Part shown: positions 27,866 through 37,565 of the stretch, in pieces | How the letters are laid out: every line of letters starts with the position of its first letter | Numbering within the stretch: the first letter of the stretch is position 1 | Source: a virus | Strand: one strand, 5' to 3' | Virus record (IMG/VR): IMGVR_UViG_3300027804_003127 | DNA: 64,000 bases | Program-made: the position numbers and the translations under genes | The notes under the pieces: generated by a model | The model's input: only the letters and a program-made list of their open reading frames with translations | Databases searched by the model: none | What the model was told of the DNA's origin: nothing

Positions 27866-28309
27866 ATGAGCCACCCCTACTACCACGCCAAGTCATCAGC
27901 CAAGCGATTCGGTGGTCAAGTTGAGGACTACATCGAAATCCATGAATGGTTTGACCAGACTAAATCGCATCTTCCAGATGCGCGCCACCGAGCGATTCTG
28001 CATTCGTCTTTCGGGATCTTTCTCGCTCAACAGGTATTTGGCGAAGTAATCGTCAGAAAGTCCGACGAAAAGCCCGTTCCTACTCGTCTATTGGGAGAGC
28101 AGCACATCCTTGAGGACATGGGATTCATTCCTACCGTGCAGGATTGGCTCAAGGAACTGCCAATGAAGTCTTGGATGCTCAAGGGAGCAAAGGCTCTTTC
28201 AAAGGAGTTGGAGAATGCTGAAGGCGACCGAGATCAAGCAGCATCACTTTGCGGCGGGGAAGTACCTGCGAAGTCGAATGGAGCAATGGCTGCTACGGAC
28301 TCTCCCTGA
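27866..28309 (+). CDS. conserved phage protein (DUF6915-like)
   Basis: HPYYHAKSSAKRFGG...IHEWFD...HRAILHSSFGI...EQHILED. Confidence 0.7.
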   Translation: MSHPYYHAKSSAKRFGGQVEDYIEIHEWFDQTKSHLPDARHRAILHSSFGIFLAQQVFGEVIVRKSDEKPVPTRLLGEQHILEDMGFIPTVQDWLKELPMKSWMLKGAKALSKELENAEGDRDQAASLCGGEVPAKSNGAMAATDSP

Positions 28310-28925
28310 ATGCAATGAAAAGTTTGCTGCACTTGAAGTGATTGCAAAGGCTAAAAGCGGCAAGTCATTCATCAAGGCGATACACACGGAATGTGGGCAA
28401 GCAGTCTCTTCCATTGTCGCTCAAAACTGTGGAAGTTGGGCTACTGATCTGATTGACAATCTCTCTGAAGCAGATCATGCGAAGTCGCTTTTGCTCGCTA
28501 TGGTGTTTGGCGAATACAAGGGAGAAGTTGACTGGAAGGGTAAGACCAGACTTTTTGATCCTATTGTCTATGCGGCAACAAGAGGTTTCTCTACTTTCAA
28601 TCTTGAAGTAGATGCTTCTGTCGATTTTGACACAGCGGACACGGAGGTTCGATTTGTGCCTCCACACGATTTGTGGACTACCGCAGACAATCTTGCGAAA
28701 TCTTGGAACGAGTCTCATAAAGCACTTAAGGCAGTTGTCTATTCTTCGATTGACGAACTGATTAAAGAAAGTCTTTATGAAGAGAAAGAACTGCATGACG
28801 CATTGACGGGGATGATGTTCACTACCAAGCAAGGAAAGAAGGGTGTGCGATACACCATCAAGATCCCATTCGCTTATGCAGATTGGGATGTTTTGAATAA
28901 TCGCATCCAAATCAGTACCGAATAG
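28215..28925 (+). CDS. hypothetical protein
   Basis: GGAG RBS, 236 aa. Confidence 0.6.
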   Translation: MLKATEIKQHHFAAGKYLRSRMEQWLLRTLPECNEKFAALEVIAKAKSGKSFIKAIHTECGQAVSSIVAQNCGSWATDLIDNLSEADHAKSLLLAMVFGEYKGEVDWKGKTRLFDPIVYAATRGFSTFNLEVDASVDFDTADTEVRFVPPHDLWTTADNLAKSWNESHKALKAVVYSSIDELIKESLYEEKELHDALTGMMFTTKQGKKGVRYTIKIPFAYADWDVLNNRIQISTE

Positions 28926-28954
28926 GCTTCCTATCGGTTACAAATCACTAATAC

Positions 28955-29027
28955 GCGCTTGTAGCTCAGTTGGTAGAGCAATCGGCTTTTAACCGATTGG
29001 TCGTGGGTTCAAGTCCCGCCGAGCGCA
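28955..29027 (+). tRNA. tRNA-Lys(UUU)
   Basis: ATCGG-CT TTT AA-CCGAT. Confidence 0.95.
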
Positions 29028-29045
29028 TTACTGAAGAGGCTTAAC

Positions 29046-29333
29046 ATGGGCAAGTCTAGGACGCATAAGCCTTTGCGATTTTTAACCATAAATGGCTTGA
29101 TGTTTGTTTCAGACGATGTTCACCTGCGGTCATATGACCGCAACGGAAAAATCAAGCATTTGCTTACTTTGGATAAAAAAGTTAGTAAAAGCACGGTACA
29201 AGTATTTGTTGGCCTACTGAAAGAGCATCCAAGATTGATTAATCTATTTCCTGATTGGCTCAAGGGTAATAGAGAAGTCAAATCAGTCAGTTTAATACAG
29301 CAAATGTGTAGCCCTCCTAGTTCAGTTGGATAG
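29046..29333 (+). CDS. hypothetical protein with shared C-terminal motif
   Basis: LFPDWLKGNREVKS; 3' end overlaps the tRNA. Confidence 0.55.
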   Translation: MGKSRTHKPLRFLTINGLMFVSDDVHLRSYDRNGKIKHLLTLDKKVSKSTVQVFVGLLKEHPRLINLFPDWLKGNREVKSVSLIQQMCSPPSSVG

Positions 29334-29384
29334 AACAGCGGTTTCCTAAACCGCAGGTCGCAGGTTCAAGTCCTGCGGGGGGCG
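29311..29384 (+). tRNA. tRNA-Arg(CCU)
   Basis: GCGGT-TT CCT AA-ACCGC. Confidence 0.92.
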
Positions 29385-29419
29385 CTTCCGAATCCCGAAA
29401 ACGGGAGCGGGGTTAGGCT

Positions 29420-29755
29420 ATGAACCGAGAACATACAAACATCTCCGACTCCCTTGATCGCGCCCGTGATGCCTTCATGTCTTGGCATGAGATTCGATCA
29501 AACGAGTTCGCAGACATACAGCAGCGAGAACAGGCTGCGGTGGATGCCATTCTTGCTCTTTCAGATGTATTGAGCAAGTCAACAGCATCTCGCTTCGGTG
29601 ATCTGCTATCAAAGCAAGAGTTCAACGCAGTTCATCAGTCGATGATACTGATTAGGCAGACTGAAAGTCAAGAGGTGTTTGCGCGGTCTGTAAATGAGGC
29701 TGCATCAAAGTTTCTGTATCGTTTCAGCGATCCTAATGAAAACCCAGAGGAATAA
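29420..29755 (+). CDS. hypothetical protein (leaderless)
   Basis: ATG directly after the motif. Confidence 0.7.
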   Translation: MNREHTNISDSLDRARDAFMSWHEIRSNEFADIQQREQAAVDAILALSDVLSKSTASRFGDLLSKQEFNAVHQSMILIRQTESQEVFARSVNEAASKFLYRFSDPNENPEE

Positions 29756-29756
29756 A

Positions 29757-30044
29757 ATGAGCGGACGATTTCAACTTGCGGGTAAGATTCCTGTTGATAG
29801 CGGACAGATCATGCTGATTGATCCCTGCTATATCAAGAACGACTTTCCATCTGAACACAACGATGCTCCCGACCTCAACTACGCTGGCGCTTGCAAGGTG
29901 ACTTTACGCGCAGAGGGGTGTGGAGTTTTCGGCAACTTGGCTTTCGCAACATCGTCGGGCTACGGAGATGGTCTTTATCCCGTCTATGTCAAGCGCACGA
30001 ATGACGGTCGCATCGCTGAAGTCAAGATCAAGTTCATCTTCTAG
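29757..30044 (+). CDS. DUF4241-like protein
   Basis: VDSGQIMLIDPCY...SGYGDGLYPV. Confidence 0.65.
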   Translation: MSGRFQLAGKIPVDSGQIMLIDPCYIKNDFPSEHNDAPDLNYAGACKVTLRAEGCGVFGNLAFATSSGYGDGLYPVYVKRTNDGRIAEVKIKFIF

Positions 30045-30052
30045 AAGTTTCC

Positions 30053-30367
30053 ATGTACGACTCAAAGCCAATAATCGGTCGAGTTGCAGTCATTAGCACC
30101 TTTCACGCTACGCCGCGTGATCTACTACTGCTTGCTACTAGGCAGATTCATGGCATTACTGTCTTTGCGTATGCGGAAGGCATCGTCATTCCATTCCTGC
30201 AATGGGAATGCGAGACATGGGAAGAAAGAAACGGACTGCTCTCAAAAGGCGTGAGTGAAGATTTCTTGATGCTCATTATGTGGGCAAAGAGCAAGAACTT
30301 TGATGTATTGCGTTTAGATAGAGATGGTCCTGTTCTTCGGGAACTGAATCAGTACGAACATCAATAG
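30053..30367 (+). CDS. hypothetical protein
   Basis: ISTxH...LRLDRDGP. Confidence 0.6.
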   Translation: MYDSKPIIGRVAVISTFHATPRDLLLLATRQIHGITVFAYAEGIVIPFLQWECETWEERNGLLSKGVSEDFLMLIMWAKSKNFDVLRLDRDGPVLRELNQYEHQ

Positions 30368-30375
30368 GAGATAAA

Positions 30376-30702
30376 ATGGATAGCAATATCATCTTGGCTC
30401 GACTTGCCCTGACTCCGTATATGGATGAAATCTCAATGCGGATTGATGAAGTCTTTAGCGACTACGACATTGGATGCACAAGGGAAGTGTATGAGGAAGA
30501 TGTAGTGCTTCTCATTCACGAGCGTGTCTCTGAAATGAAGATTCCTGCCTCTGACAGGCTTCTTTTTCTTGCAGAGATCAGCAAGTGCTTCAATGAAGTT
30601 TTAGACAATCACGGCGCTGAACTGAAGCCTCCTGATCCGAGTTCGTATAGTGATGAATACCGCCCAAGCGATTGGGATGAATACAACGACGAATCAGACT
30701 GA
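30376..30702 (+). CDS. acidic hypothetical protein
   Basis: AGGAG RBS. Confidence 0.65.
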   Translation: MDSNIILARLALTPYMDEISMRIDEVFSDYDIGCTREVYEEDVVLLIHERVSEMKIPASDRLLFLAEISKCFNEVLDNHGAELKPPDPSSYSDEYRPSDWDEYNDESD

Positions 30703-30722
30703 TTCATAGAGAGAAGTTTTCC

Positions 30723-31259
30723 ATGAACAAAGTTGATCTGACAGGCATTTGTAAGTTGTTTGAGGCTCCCATCGGCAGGGGACTGAAGCGCCCAGGACTT
30801 CGTTTCATCTTCAACGGCGCTTTGATCTTCGTAAAAAAGGCGCCCGAAAAGAAGTCATCTGGACAGAATCATCCCAACTCTGGCTGCTACTATGTGACCC
30901 GAGAAGGGTTATACATAGGCAAGATCACTCCAAGCGGCGAGTTCAAGCCTTCATCTCACTTTCATGGCTCTCTGGATTCGGTGCTAGACTTCCTGCAAGT
31001 CTTTGCAGATGACCCTGTAAAAGTTGCTTCTGAATACGGTCGCAAGACAGGGGTGTGCTGTTTCTGTGGAAATCCTCTTGCTGACGGTCGCTCCCTAGCA
31101 AAAGGTTATGGACCACAGTGCGCGAAGAGTTGGAATCTTGCTTGGGGAGATGAGGCTGAAGAGACATTGAAAAAGTCGGAACAATCTGATCTAGGATCTG
31201 ATGCTCCGATTTTGAGCATGGTGTCCGCCGCAAAGAGATCGCATACAAATCCTGAATAA
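30723..31259 (+). CDS. DUF6011-like Zn-finger protein
   Basis: CCFCGNPLADGRSLAKGYGPQCA. Confidence 0.7.
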   Translation: MNKVDLTGICKLFEAPIGRGLKRPGLRFIFNGALIFVKKAPEKKSSGQNHPNSGCYYVTREGLYIGKITPSGEFKPSSHFHGSLDSVLDFLQVFADDPVKVASEYGRKTGVCCFCGNPLADGRSLAKGYGPQCAKSWNLAWGDEAEETLKKSEQSDLGSDAPILSMVSAAKRSHTNPE

Positions 31260-31459
31260 AAAAAGCAGATTCTCTGCGATGCGTATTGATTCTTTGGCAA
31301 AATGCAGTATACTGTTGCTGCGCCCTTGCCCGTTTTGTCCATTCGGGGCGATGCGCTGACTGCCCGCCGCCCCCGAATCCCGAAAACTGGAACGGGGTTA
31401 GGGCGTGGAGCGCGTTGCTCCGACTTGGGCGAGAAGAAACTCATAGGAGATACAATCAC

Positions 31460-32476
31460 ATGGCACATGGAATCGTTACTGAAGGCGTTGTCGCTGATCG
31501 CGTACTGATTGAGGGAGACAAGGGTTGGCACGGTCTTGGCGAGAACCGCGACAAGATCACCCCCGAGGATGTCCGCAAGGCGTTCCCGTGGGAGTACGAG
31601 ATGGAGAGCGTCCAGACTAGTGCTGGTGCTACTGTCCCGAACTTCAAGGCTGTCACTTCCGAGGGCAATCCCATCGGTATCGTGGGCGATGGCTACACGA
31701 TGATCGGACTTGAGGACGCTATTGCGCTCGCAGAAGAGTGCATCACGCAGCACGGTACGGGTCGCATCGTGTCGGCTGGCACTCTTCACGGACGGCAGGA
31801 CTTCTTTATCGACCTTGAACTCGATAAGGAGTACCGCAACGGCAACGATGTGAACAAGCCGTTCATTGGCTTCAGCAACAATGCGGTCGGCAACCGTCAC
31901 TTTGTGGCTGGCGCACATATGCGTCGAATGGTGTGCGCGAACACTCTGAATCTCATGCTGAATGAGGTCAAGGGTTCTCCGCGTGCGCTGAAGATTCGGC
32001 ACACGAAGTCGGCTCACAATCGACTGACCGAGGCGAAGCGCATTCTTGGCATCACCTGTGCTGCCTTTGATAAGGCAGACGAGGAGATGCAGGCTTTGAT
32101 CGCAAAGACTCTCACCGACGCAGAGGTGAAGTCTTACTACGACAAGATCATGCCTTTCGAGCCTCTGCCTGTCATGTCTGTTGGACAGAGTGCAGATGCC
32201 TACGAGAGCGCAGTCGAGAAGGTCGAGCGAGCCAATCGTAAGGTTGAGCGAGCGCGTGACTCTTGGATCGCAACGCTTGAGATGGAGCGTATCGCTCTTG
32301 GAGGCGGTTCGCCTACTCTGTGGCTCGCCATGAACAGCGTCACCAAGTGGACGCAGCATGAGCGCACCGTGCGTGGCGAGTCTACCGACCCCACGATGCG
32401 GCTGTGGAGCAACCGCTTCTCTGACGGCTACGACCGTACCAACGAAGCGCATGACATCGCTGTGGCGATGCTCTGA
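31460..32476 (+). CDS. DUF932-family phage/plasmid protein
   Basis: WHGLG, RMVCANTL, IRHTKS, TLWLAMNSVT. Confidence 0.85.
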   Translation: MAHGIVTEGVVADRVLIEGDKGWHGLGENRDKITPEDVRKAFPWEYEMESVQTSAGATVPNFKAVTSEGNPIGIVGDGYTMIGLEDAIALAEECITQHGTGRIVSAGTLHGRQDFFIDLELDKEYRNGNDVNKPFIGFSNNAVGNRHFVAGAHMRRMVCANTLNLMLNEVKGSPRALKIRHTKSAHNRLTEAKRILGITCAAFDKADEEMQALIAKTLTDAEVKSYYDKIMPFEPLPVMSVGQSADAYESAVEKVERANRKVERARDSWIATLEMERIALGGGSPTLWLAMNSVTKWTQHERTVRGESTDPTMRLWSNRFSDGYDRTNEAHDIAVAML

Positions 32477-32555
32477 TAGGACGATGGGGGGGGAGGGGCG
32501 CAAGCCTCTCCCCCTTCCCATTCCCGAATCCCGAAAACGGGAAAGGAGTTAGAGC

Positions 32556-33203
32556 ATGAGCAACGAATGGAACTACGAAGCGTGGTTCGCCTCGCCTGAA
32601 GGCATGAAGGCTATCAAGTCGATTGGGGAGCGTCACGGTCTTGACTTGAGTGAGATCAATGATCCGCGACTGATTGCCTGCATTATCGTGAACGCTGTTC
32701 CGCAGTCATCGGCTTGGTTGCCAAAGTCTCTTGTCAACAAGGATGACGAAAGGGACGCCAAGCAACTGCTTGGACAGTTGGCTGGCGACTATCCCGATGA
32801 GAATGAGATGTGTGGATGGCTTGCCCTACTGAAGCATGGTGTGTCCGATGTGTCTGTTCCATACTACGGTGGCACAGATCAGATTGATCTTGGAGATGAC
32901 TTCGCCTTCTCTACGATTCACGGTAATACTGTGGACTCCAACGCTATTCTTGATGACTTCAAGAATGCGTCTGGGTCAAGTCTAGAGGACTACTTTTGGA
33001 ACGCCATTGACGACTCTGGAGCGGGAGATGGCACAACTTACTCATCGACTTGGATTACTTGCTTGATTCCCGAGTTCTCGCAGCACACTACTGATCCCGT
33101 TTGGGACGAGAACGAGCCTGATGAGTACGATGACTTTGAGATGGACTCGCCTACTGAAACTCCGCTTGGGGAACAGTTAGACGAGAACAATCCAACTGAA
33201 TAA
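32556..33203 (+). CDS. hypothetical protein, paralog of 23729 (leaderless)
   Basis: YYGGTDQI...DDSGAG. Confidence 0.7.
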   Translation: MSNEWNYEAWFASPEGMKAIKSIGERHGLDLSEINDPRLIACIIVNAVPQSSAWLPKSLVNKDDERDAKQLLGQLAGDYPDENEMCGWLALLKHGVSDVSVPYYGGTDQIDLGDDFAFSTIHGNTVDSNAILDDFKNASGSSLEDYFWNAIDDSGAGDGTTYSSTWITCLIPEFSQHTTDPVWDENEPDEYDDFEMDSPTETPLGEQLDENNPTE

Positions 33204-33278
33204 GACTTATCGGGGGCGGTGGTTTCGGATAGCCGAGCCACCGCTCCCGAATCCCGAAAACTGTAGGGAGGTTAGGGC

Positions 33279-33479
33279 ATGGCTGCGAACTGTCAAAGAT
33301 GTTGGAAAGAAGCCAACTGCACTCAAATGAGTTTCTTCAACACGCAAATGTGTTGCATGAAGTGCATTGAGGAAGAGCGGAAGCATCCGAAGTACGCAGA
33401 AGCCAAAGCCGCTGAAGAGGCTGCTTTGAAGGCTGGCAACTTCAACTTTCAAGGGATTGGATACCCAAGCAACCGATAG
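33279..33479 (+). CDS. small Cys-rich protein (leaderless)
   Basis: CQRC...MSFFNTQMCCMKC. Confidence 0.7.
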   Translation: MAANCQRCWKEANCTQMSFFNTQMCCMKCIEEERKHPKYAEAKAAEEAALKAGNFNFQGIGYPSNR

Positions 33480-33487
33480 GAGCCGAT

Positions 33488-34012
33488 ATGCCTAACTGGT
33501 GTGAGAACAAACTGACGATCTACGGAACGAAGGAAGAGCGCGCAGCGATCCGCGAGGCGGTCAAGGGATGCGTGGTTTCTGAAACCGCAAATGGGCATTT
33601 CAATATTTTGCCGCAAGATTTTGCGCTAGATGCGATTGTTCCAATGCCTGACCATATGCGATCAAAAGAAGATCCGCGCTGGAAGCCCGCGCCTCCGATG
33701 ACTTCAGATGAACTTCTTGATTCTATCGCGCAGGATGGAAAAGAGGTCTTTCCTGACTGGTATATGTGGAGGACGAACAACTGGGGAACCAAGTGGGAGG
33801 TCACTAATCCCATCGTCGTAGAGGAAAAGTCGAGATTGGTCATTGACTTTGAGACTGCGTGGTGTTATCCTCTACCGTGCATCACAGCACTGTCGCGCAG
33901 GTTTCCGACAGTCAAAATGAAGATTGCCTTCTACGAACCTGGATGTATCGGTCGCGGGAGTGCAACTCTGTTGAACGGATTTGTTATCCGTGAAACAGGT
34001 GTTGGCGTCTAA
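33488..34012 (+). CDS. DUF1281/YubB-like protein
   Basis: MPNWCEN...WYxWRxxNWGTKW...FETAW. Confidence 0.75.
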   Translation: MPNWCENKLTIYGTKEERAAIREAVKGCVVSETANGHFNILPQDFALDAIVPMPDHMRSKEDPRWKPAPPMTSDELLDSIAQDGKEVFPDWYMWRTNNWGTKWEVTNPIVVEEKSRLVIDFETAWCYPLPCITALSRRFPTVKMKIAFYEPGCIGRGSATLLNGFVIRETGVGV

Positions 34013-34157
34013 TACAAGATCTTTTCCCCCATGCGCTCCCCCGCTTCGCAAGAGGTGGGGTGAGCGTTTTTTCATTGAGTCGCTCCCCGCTCCCGAATCC
34101 CGAAAACTGGAGCGGGGTTAGGTCATCAGCGGCACAGCCGCAGAAAGGCAGACGAAC

Positions 34158-34574
34158 ATGGCTTTGCATTTTGATCTGACGGGAATCAGCGATCACGAGA
34201 ACATCTGCTACTACAAGAATGATGGCAACTACCTGATGGAGCCGACCACCAAGACCATCATCTTCTACATGATGGCTATTGAGGTGAGCAAGATCACGGC
34301 AGACAACATTCCCGAGGTGTTTGCTCGCATCTCTACTCTTGAGAAGTTGCTTGGCACATCTCTCTCAAAGGGCTTTGACGAGAATGGAGTCAGGATTCCC
34401 GTCTACATCACGCTTGATGATGTCTGCAAGCATGAGGGACTGATTACGAACGCATCCAACAGTTCTCGCACCGAGTTCTTGAAGAAGTGCAAGGACTGGA
34501 TCAAGAGAGACATCGACGACATCTTCAGTCAGACCAAGAAGAAGTTGGTTGAAAAGACTGCTATCTCTGCATAA
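34158..34574 (+). CDS. hypothetical protein
   Basis: motif + leader hairpin + AGAAAGG. Confidence 0.7.
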   Translation: MALHFDLTGISDHENICYYKNDGNYLMEPTTKTIIFYMMAIEVSKITADNIPEVFARISTLEKLLGTSLSKGFDENGVRIPVYITLDDVCKHEGLITNASNSSRTEFLKKCKDWIKRDIDDIFSQTKKKLVEKTAISA

Positions 34575-34584
34575 AGGAAGCAAA

Positions 34585-34953
34585 ATGCGCCCAAATGGAT
34601 ACCTGCCTTTCGACAGCGTTGACGGCTTGAACTGGGGTCAAGGTCTGTTCAATGCGGACTTTTGGAACAAGATCCTGTCCACATTGGACGGAGACAATAC
34701 GAGCGAAGTCCGCGCAGCCGCGCGAATCGTAGCCGCCATTGGAGGGCAAGAGCCAAGTCTGCTGCCATTCAATATGCTTCTTGTTGCGTCGAACAAGTTG
34801 AGGACGATGGTTGCTGATGAAGATTACATCAAGTCTTTTGACGATCCGATTGCTGCTCGCTATTCGATCCAAATGGACATTGATTGGCTTTCTACGATCA
34901 ACGACTACGCGAGGATGAAGCGCAATGATTGCGTGGTGACGCCGCAATCTTGA
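34585..34953 (+). CDS. hypothetical protein
   Basis: AAAGGA RBS. Confidence 0.6.
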   Translation: MRPNGYLPFDSVDGLNWGQGLFNADFWNKILSTLDGDNTSEVRAAARIVAAIGGQEPSLLPFNMLLVASNKLRTMVADEDYIKSFDDPIAARYSIQMDIDWLSTINDYARMKRNDCVVTPQS

Positions 34954-35080
34954 TGATCGCCACGCCCCCGAAACCCGAAAACTGGAACGGGGTTAGGGCG
35001 TGGGCTGAACGAACCTTTCTGCGGCGGGGCGGGGCGACTCAATCGGCGGGTTGCCCCGCCCCTCCCTTTTGGAGCAGCAA

Positions 35081-35290
35081 ATGAACGAAAAGAGCAAGGA
35101 ACTGCTAGATGCGCTTTCAATGGCGAACATCCATCGTCGTTGGGCTAACTTGTACGAGAGGGTGATAGAGAGTCATCCCGACAGCACGATCACCTGCTGC
35201 GAGTGCGGATACACGATCTTGGGAGATGATCCCGCGATCACCGTTGTCTGCCTTCCATGCTTTGAAAAGAAAAACGGAGAAGATCAATGA
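35081..35290 (+). CDS. small CxxC protein
   Basis: GGAG RBS. Confidence 0.55.
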   Translation: MNEKSKELLDALSMANIHRRWANLYERVIESHPDSTITCCECGYTILGDDPAITVVCLPCFEKKNGEDQ

Positions 35291-35529
35291 AGGACTACAC
35301 GGACATCTACCTCATCGGAAAGAGCCTCACATCTATGGTTCACGAGATTGAGGCTCTTCGTTCTGAAGTGCAAGCACTAACTGCGGAGCGCAACAAGTAC
35401 GAGCGTCTTTACAACGCTGCTGCTCGCGACTGTGATCGCCTTCATCAGACTTGGTGCGCTCACATTATGAACGGCGAAGTCAAGTTCGCTGAACCTGTGA
35501 ATCCATCAAAGGTCAACGATCAGTTCTAG
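35287..35529 (+). CDS. coiled-coil hypothetical protein
   Basis: ATGA overlap. Confidence 0.6.
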   Translation: MKDYTDIYLIGKSLTSMVHEIEALRSEVQALTAERNKYERLYNAAARDCDRLHQTWCAHIMNGEVKFAEPVNPSKVNDQF

Positions 35530-35599
35530 CACCGCTCCCGAAACCCGAAAACTGGAGCGTGGTTAGGGCATGAGCGGCACAGCCGCAGAAGGGAATGTC

Positions 35600-35743
35600 A
35601 TGGAAGTCACCTTGACCTACTGTTTGATAGGTTCCAACATGGCGGTACTGCTTGCCTTCCTTTACGAGAAGCGCAACTTCCGTCTTACAAAGCGCGCCTC
35701 AAGTCGAAAGCGCGCGCCAAAGCGCAAGGAGGACGGCAAGTGA
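35600..35743 (+). CDS. small membrane protein ending KEDGK
   Basis: hand-translated, 47 aa. Confidence 0.5.
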   Translation: MEVTLTYCLIGSNMAVLLAFLYEKRNFRLTKRASSRKRAPKRKEDGK

Positions 35744-35898
35744 GCAACGCATTTGACTGGTTGGCAGAGCAGGCAGACAGACTCATGGAGATGTTCGTGA
35801 TGCTGTACCTGTTGGCAGTATGCGCATTTGCATTCCTGTCCATCCCGTTCTCGCTGGCATTGATCGCCTTCGCATTGATGAATGGAGGTACATCGTGA
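35740..35898 (+). CDS. small membrane protein
   Basis: GTGA coupling, hydrophobic. Confidence 0.5.
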   Translation: MSNAFDWLAEQADRLMEMFVMLYLLAVCAFAFLSIPFSLALIAFALMNGGTS

Positions 35899-36131
35899 AA
35901 GACACAGACATCATTGCGGCGATTGCGCCCGATGCAGTATCGCTGATGGACAAGGCAATCGCGGAGATCAAGCGACTGCGGCAGGAGAACGCAACCCTCA
36001 CCGCCGAGCGCGATGAGGCGAGGCGGGAACTTTGCCGCATCGAAAGTAGTGCATCAGGAGATCCAAACATGACGAGCCGTGCCGTTGCAGCGGATTGTGG
36101 TTGGGACTGCTTCAAGGAGGACGGCAAGTGA
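35895..36131 (+). CDS. LTAERDEARRE...GWDCFKEDGK family protein
   Basis: paralog of 1586. Confidence 0.6.
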   Translation: MKDTDIIAAIAPDAVSLMDKAIAEIKRLRQENATLTAERDEARRELCRIESSASGDPNMTSRAVAADCGWDCFKEDGK

Positions 36132-36499
36132 GCGACAAGCAGGCGGCGTGGATCGACCGCCTTGTGGATGAGGCGAAGAATCCCGTCGAGATTCCCGACC
36201 TGACTCCGATCATTGAGGCTTTCAAGACTACCTCTGTGAAGTTCCCCAAGATCAAGGGAGTCATTGACGGTACTGAAGTCGTGATCTCGTGGACTGCGCC
36301 TGATTCGGCGCATCCGAAGGTCAAGGACGAGAACCGTGGCACTTGCGCGATCAATACGGGCAAGTACGGCGACCCGAACGCGAAGTTCTACGGTCGCATC
36401 AAGACAGACGGATCGCTTGCCGCAGGTCGTGACCTGAACGCAGCGGTTGTGTCTTGGCTGAAGGAAGTTGCGGAGAATCCGCAGCCGCAGGGCAAGTGA
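36128..36499 (+). CDS. hypothetical protein, paralog of 43036
   Basis: KQxxWIDRLxDEA...GRDL...ENPQPxGK. Confidence 0.7.
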   Translation: MSDKQAAWIDRLVDEAKNPVEIPDLTPIIEAFKTTSVKFPKIKGVIDGTEVVISWTAPDSAHPKVKDENRGTCAINTGKYGDPNAKFYGRIKTDGSLAAGRDLNAAVVSWLKEVAENPQPQGK

Positions 36500-36574
36500 C
36501 CGAACAAGGGTAGGGAGGGGAGCGATCCTCTCCCTACCCGCATTGTTTCCGAATCACGAAAACGGGGGACAAAA

Positions 36575-36889
36575 ATGACTCTTGAATGCAATCAGTTCTT
36601 CATTGACATCATTGAGAAGGAGCATCATCCCGTGTGCTGCTATGTCATCACGGCATACGATGTCATGGTTGAGTTGAATGTGACGGAGGAAGTTGCTTCC
36701 GTCATTGTCGAGAGGATGCGGGAGTCAAATGACGCCGTGTGGCAGTCCATTTGGCGTGATGCACACTTTGAGTACGATCAAATCAAGGCTCAAGACCCGC
36801 TTCTTGAGTTGATTGACACGGTAAGGGACTCCCCGCCCCCGAATCCCGAAAACGGGGAAGCGGTTAGCGAGTCGGGGAAGATCAAGTAG
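36575..36889 (+). CDS. hypothetical protein
   Basis: follows a degenerate motif; 3' end reads into the next motif. Confidence 0.5.
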   Translation: MTLECNQFFIDIIEKEHHPVCCYVITAYDVMVELNVTEEVASVIVERMRESNDAVWQSIWRDAHFEYDQIKAQDPLLELIDTVRDSPPPNPENGEAVSESGKIK

Positions 36890-37124
36890 CGTATTCGCGG
36901 CGGCGAATACACCCTCCCAAGTTGCGTGGTGGCTTGGGGTCTGGAGGGCTAAACACCTGTGCAATCCCGTAATGAGCCGCAGCGGGATAAGATAAAGGCT
37001 CCCATGCCTGTTGGCGGTATCCCGTCATCAGGCATTTCCATTGACAAGGCTCCCCGCTCCCGAATCCCGAAAACTGGATCGGGGTTATGTCATCAGCGGC
37101 AAAGCCGCAGAAAGGCAGATAGAC

Positions 37125-37496
37125 ATGGCTGACAAGAAGATGCTGAAGATCGGCGCGAACGGCAAGATCGAGGTGGTCGCCTACACGGGATACGAGTCTC
37201 TGCGCGATGGCGTTGGCGGCTACATCGAGTGCATCAGTCTCTCTGATACTGTTTCTCTGTGGTGTAACGAGAACGGCAAGTTGGACGGACTGCCACCGAA
37301 TATGTTTGCCACCATGCTGTTCGCAGAGGTCTTTGGCAATGCAGACATCATCGTTGGCGATTGCTGCGTTCTAGGTGGAGTCGATGAGGAAGGCGAGAGC
37401 CTGGAATGTCCGCAGGATGTCATCGACAAGGTGAAGCGTTGGGCTGATAAGTTGCAGCCCATGTGGGTGGTGAGCGGAGCGGGCGGACGCGAGTGA
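37125..37496 (+). CDS. DUF3846-family protein
   Basis: VGGYIE...WCNENGKLDGLPPN...IVGD. Confidence 0.8.
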   Translation: MADKKMLKIGANGKIEVVAYTGYESLRDGVGGYIECISLSDTVSLWCNENGKLDGLPPNMFATMLFAEVFGNADIIVGDCCVLGGVDEEGESLECPQDVIDKVKRWADKLQPMWVVSGAGGRE

Positions 37497-37565
37497 GGCG
37501 CGCCCCCGAATCCCGAAAACTGGAATGAAGTTAGGGTGTAGCGAGAACACTCGCAGAAAGGACAG

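Noticed and set aside
27660-27869. 69-aa ORF
   Set aside because: Runs through the array, hairpin and promoter motif; no RBS.
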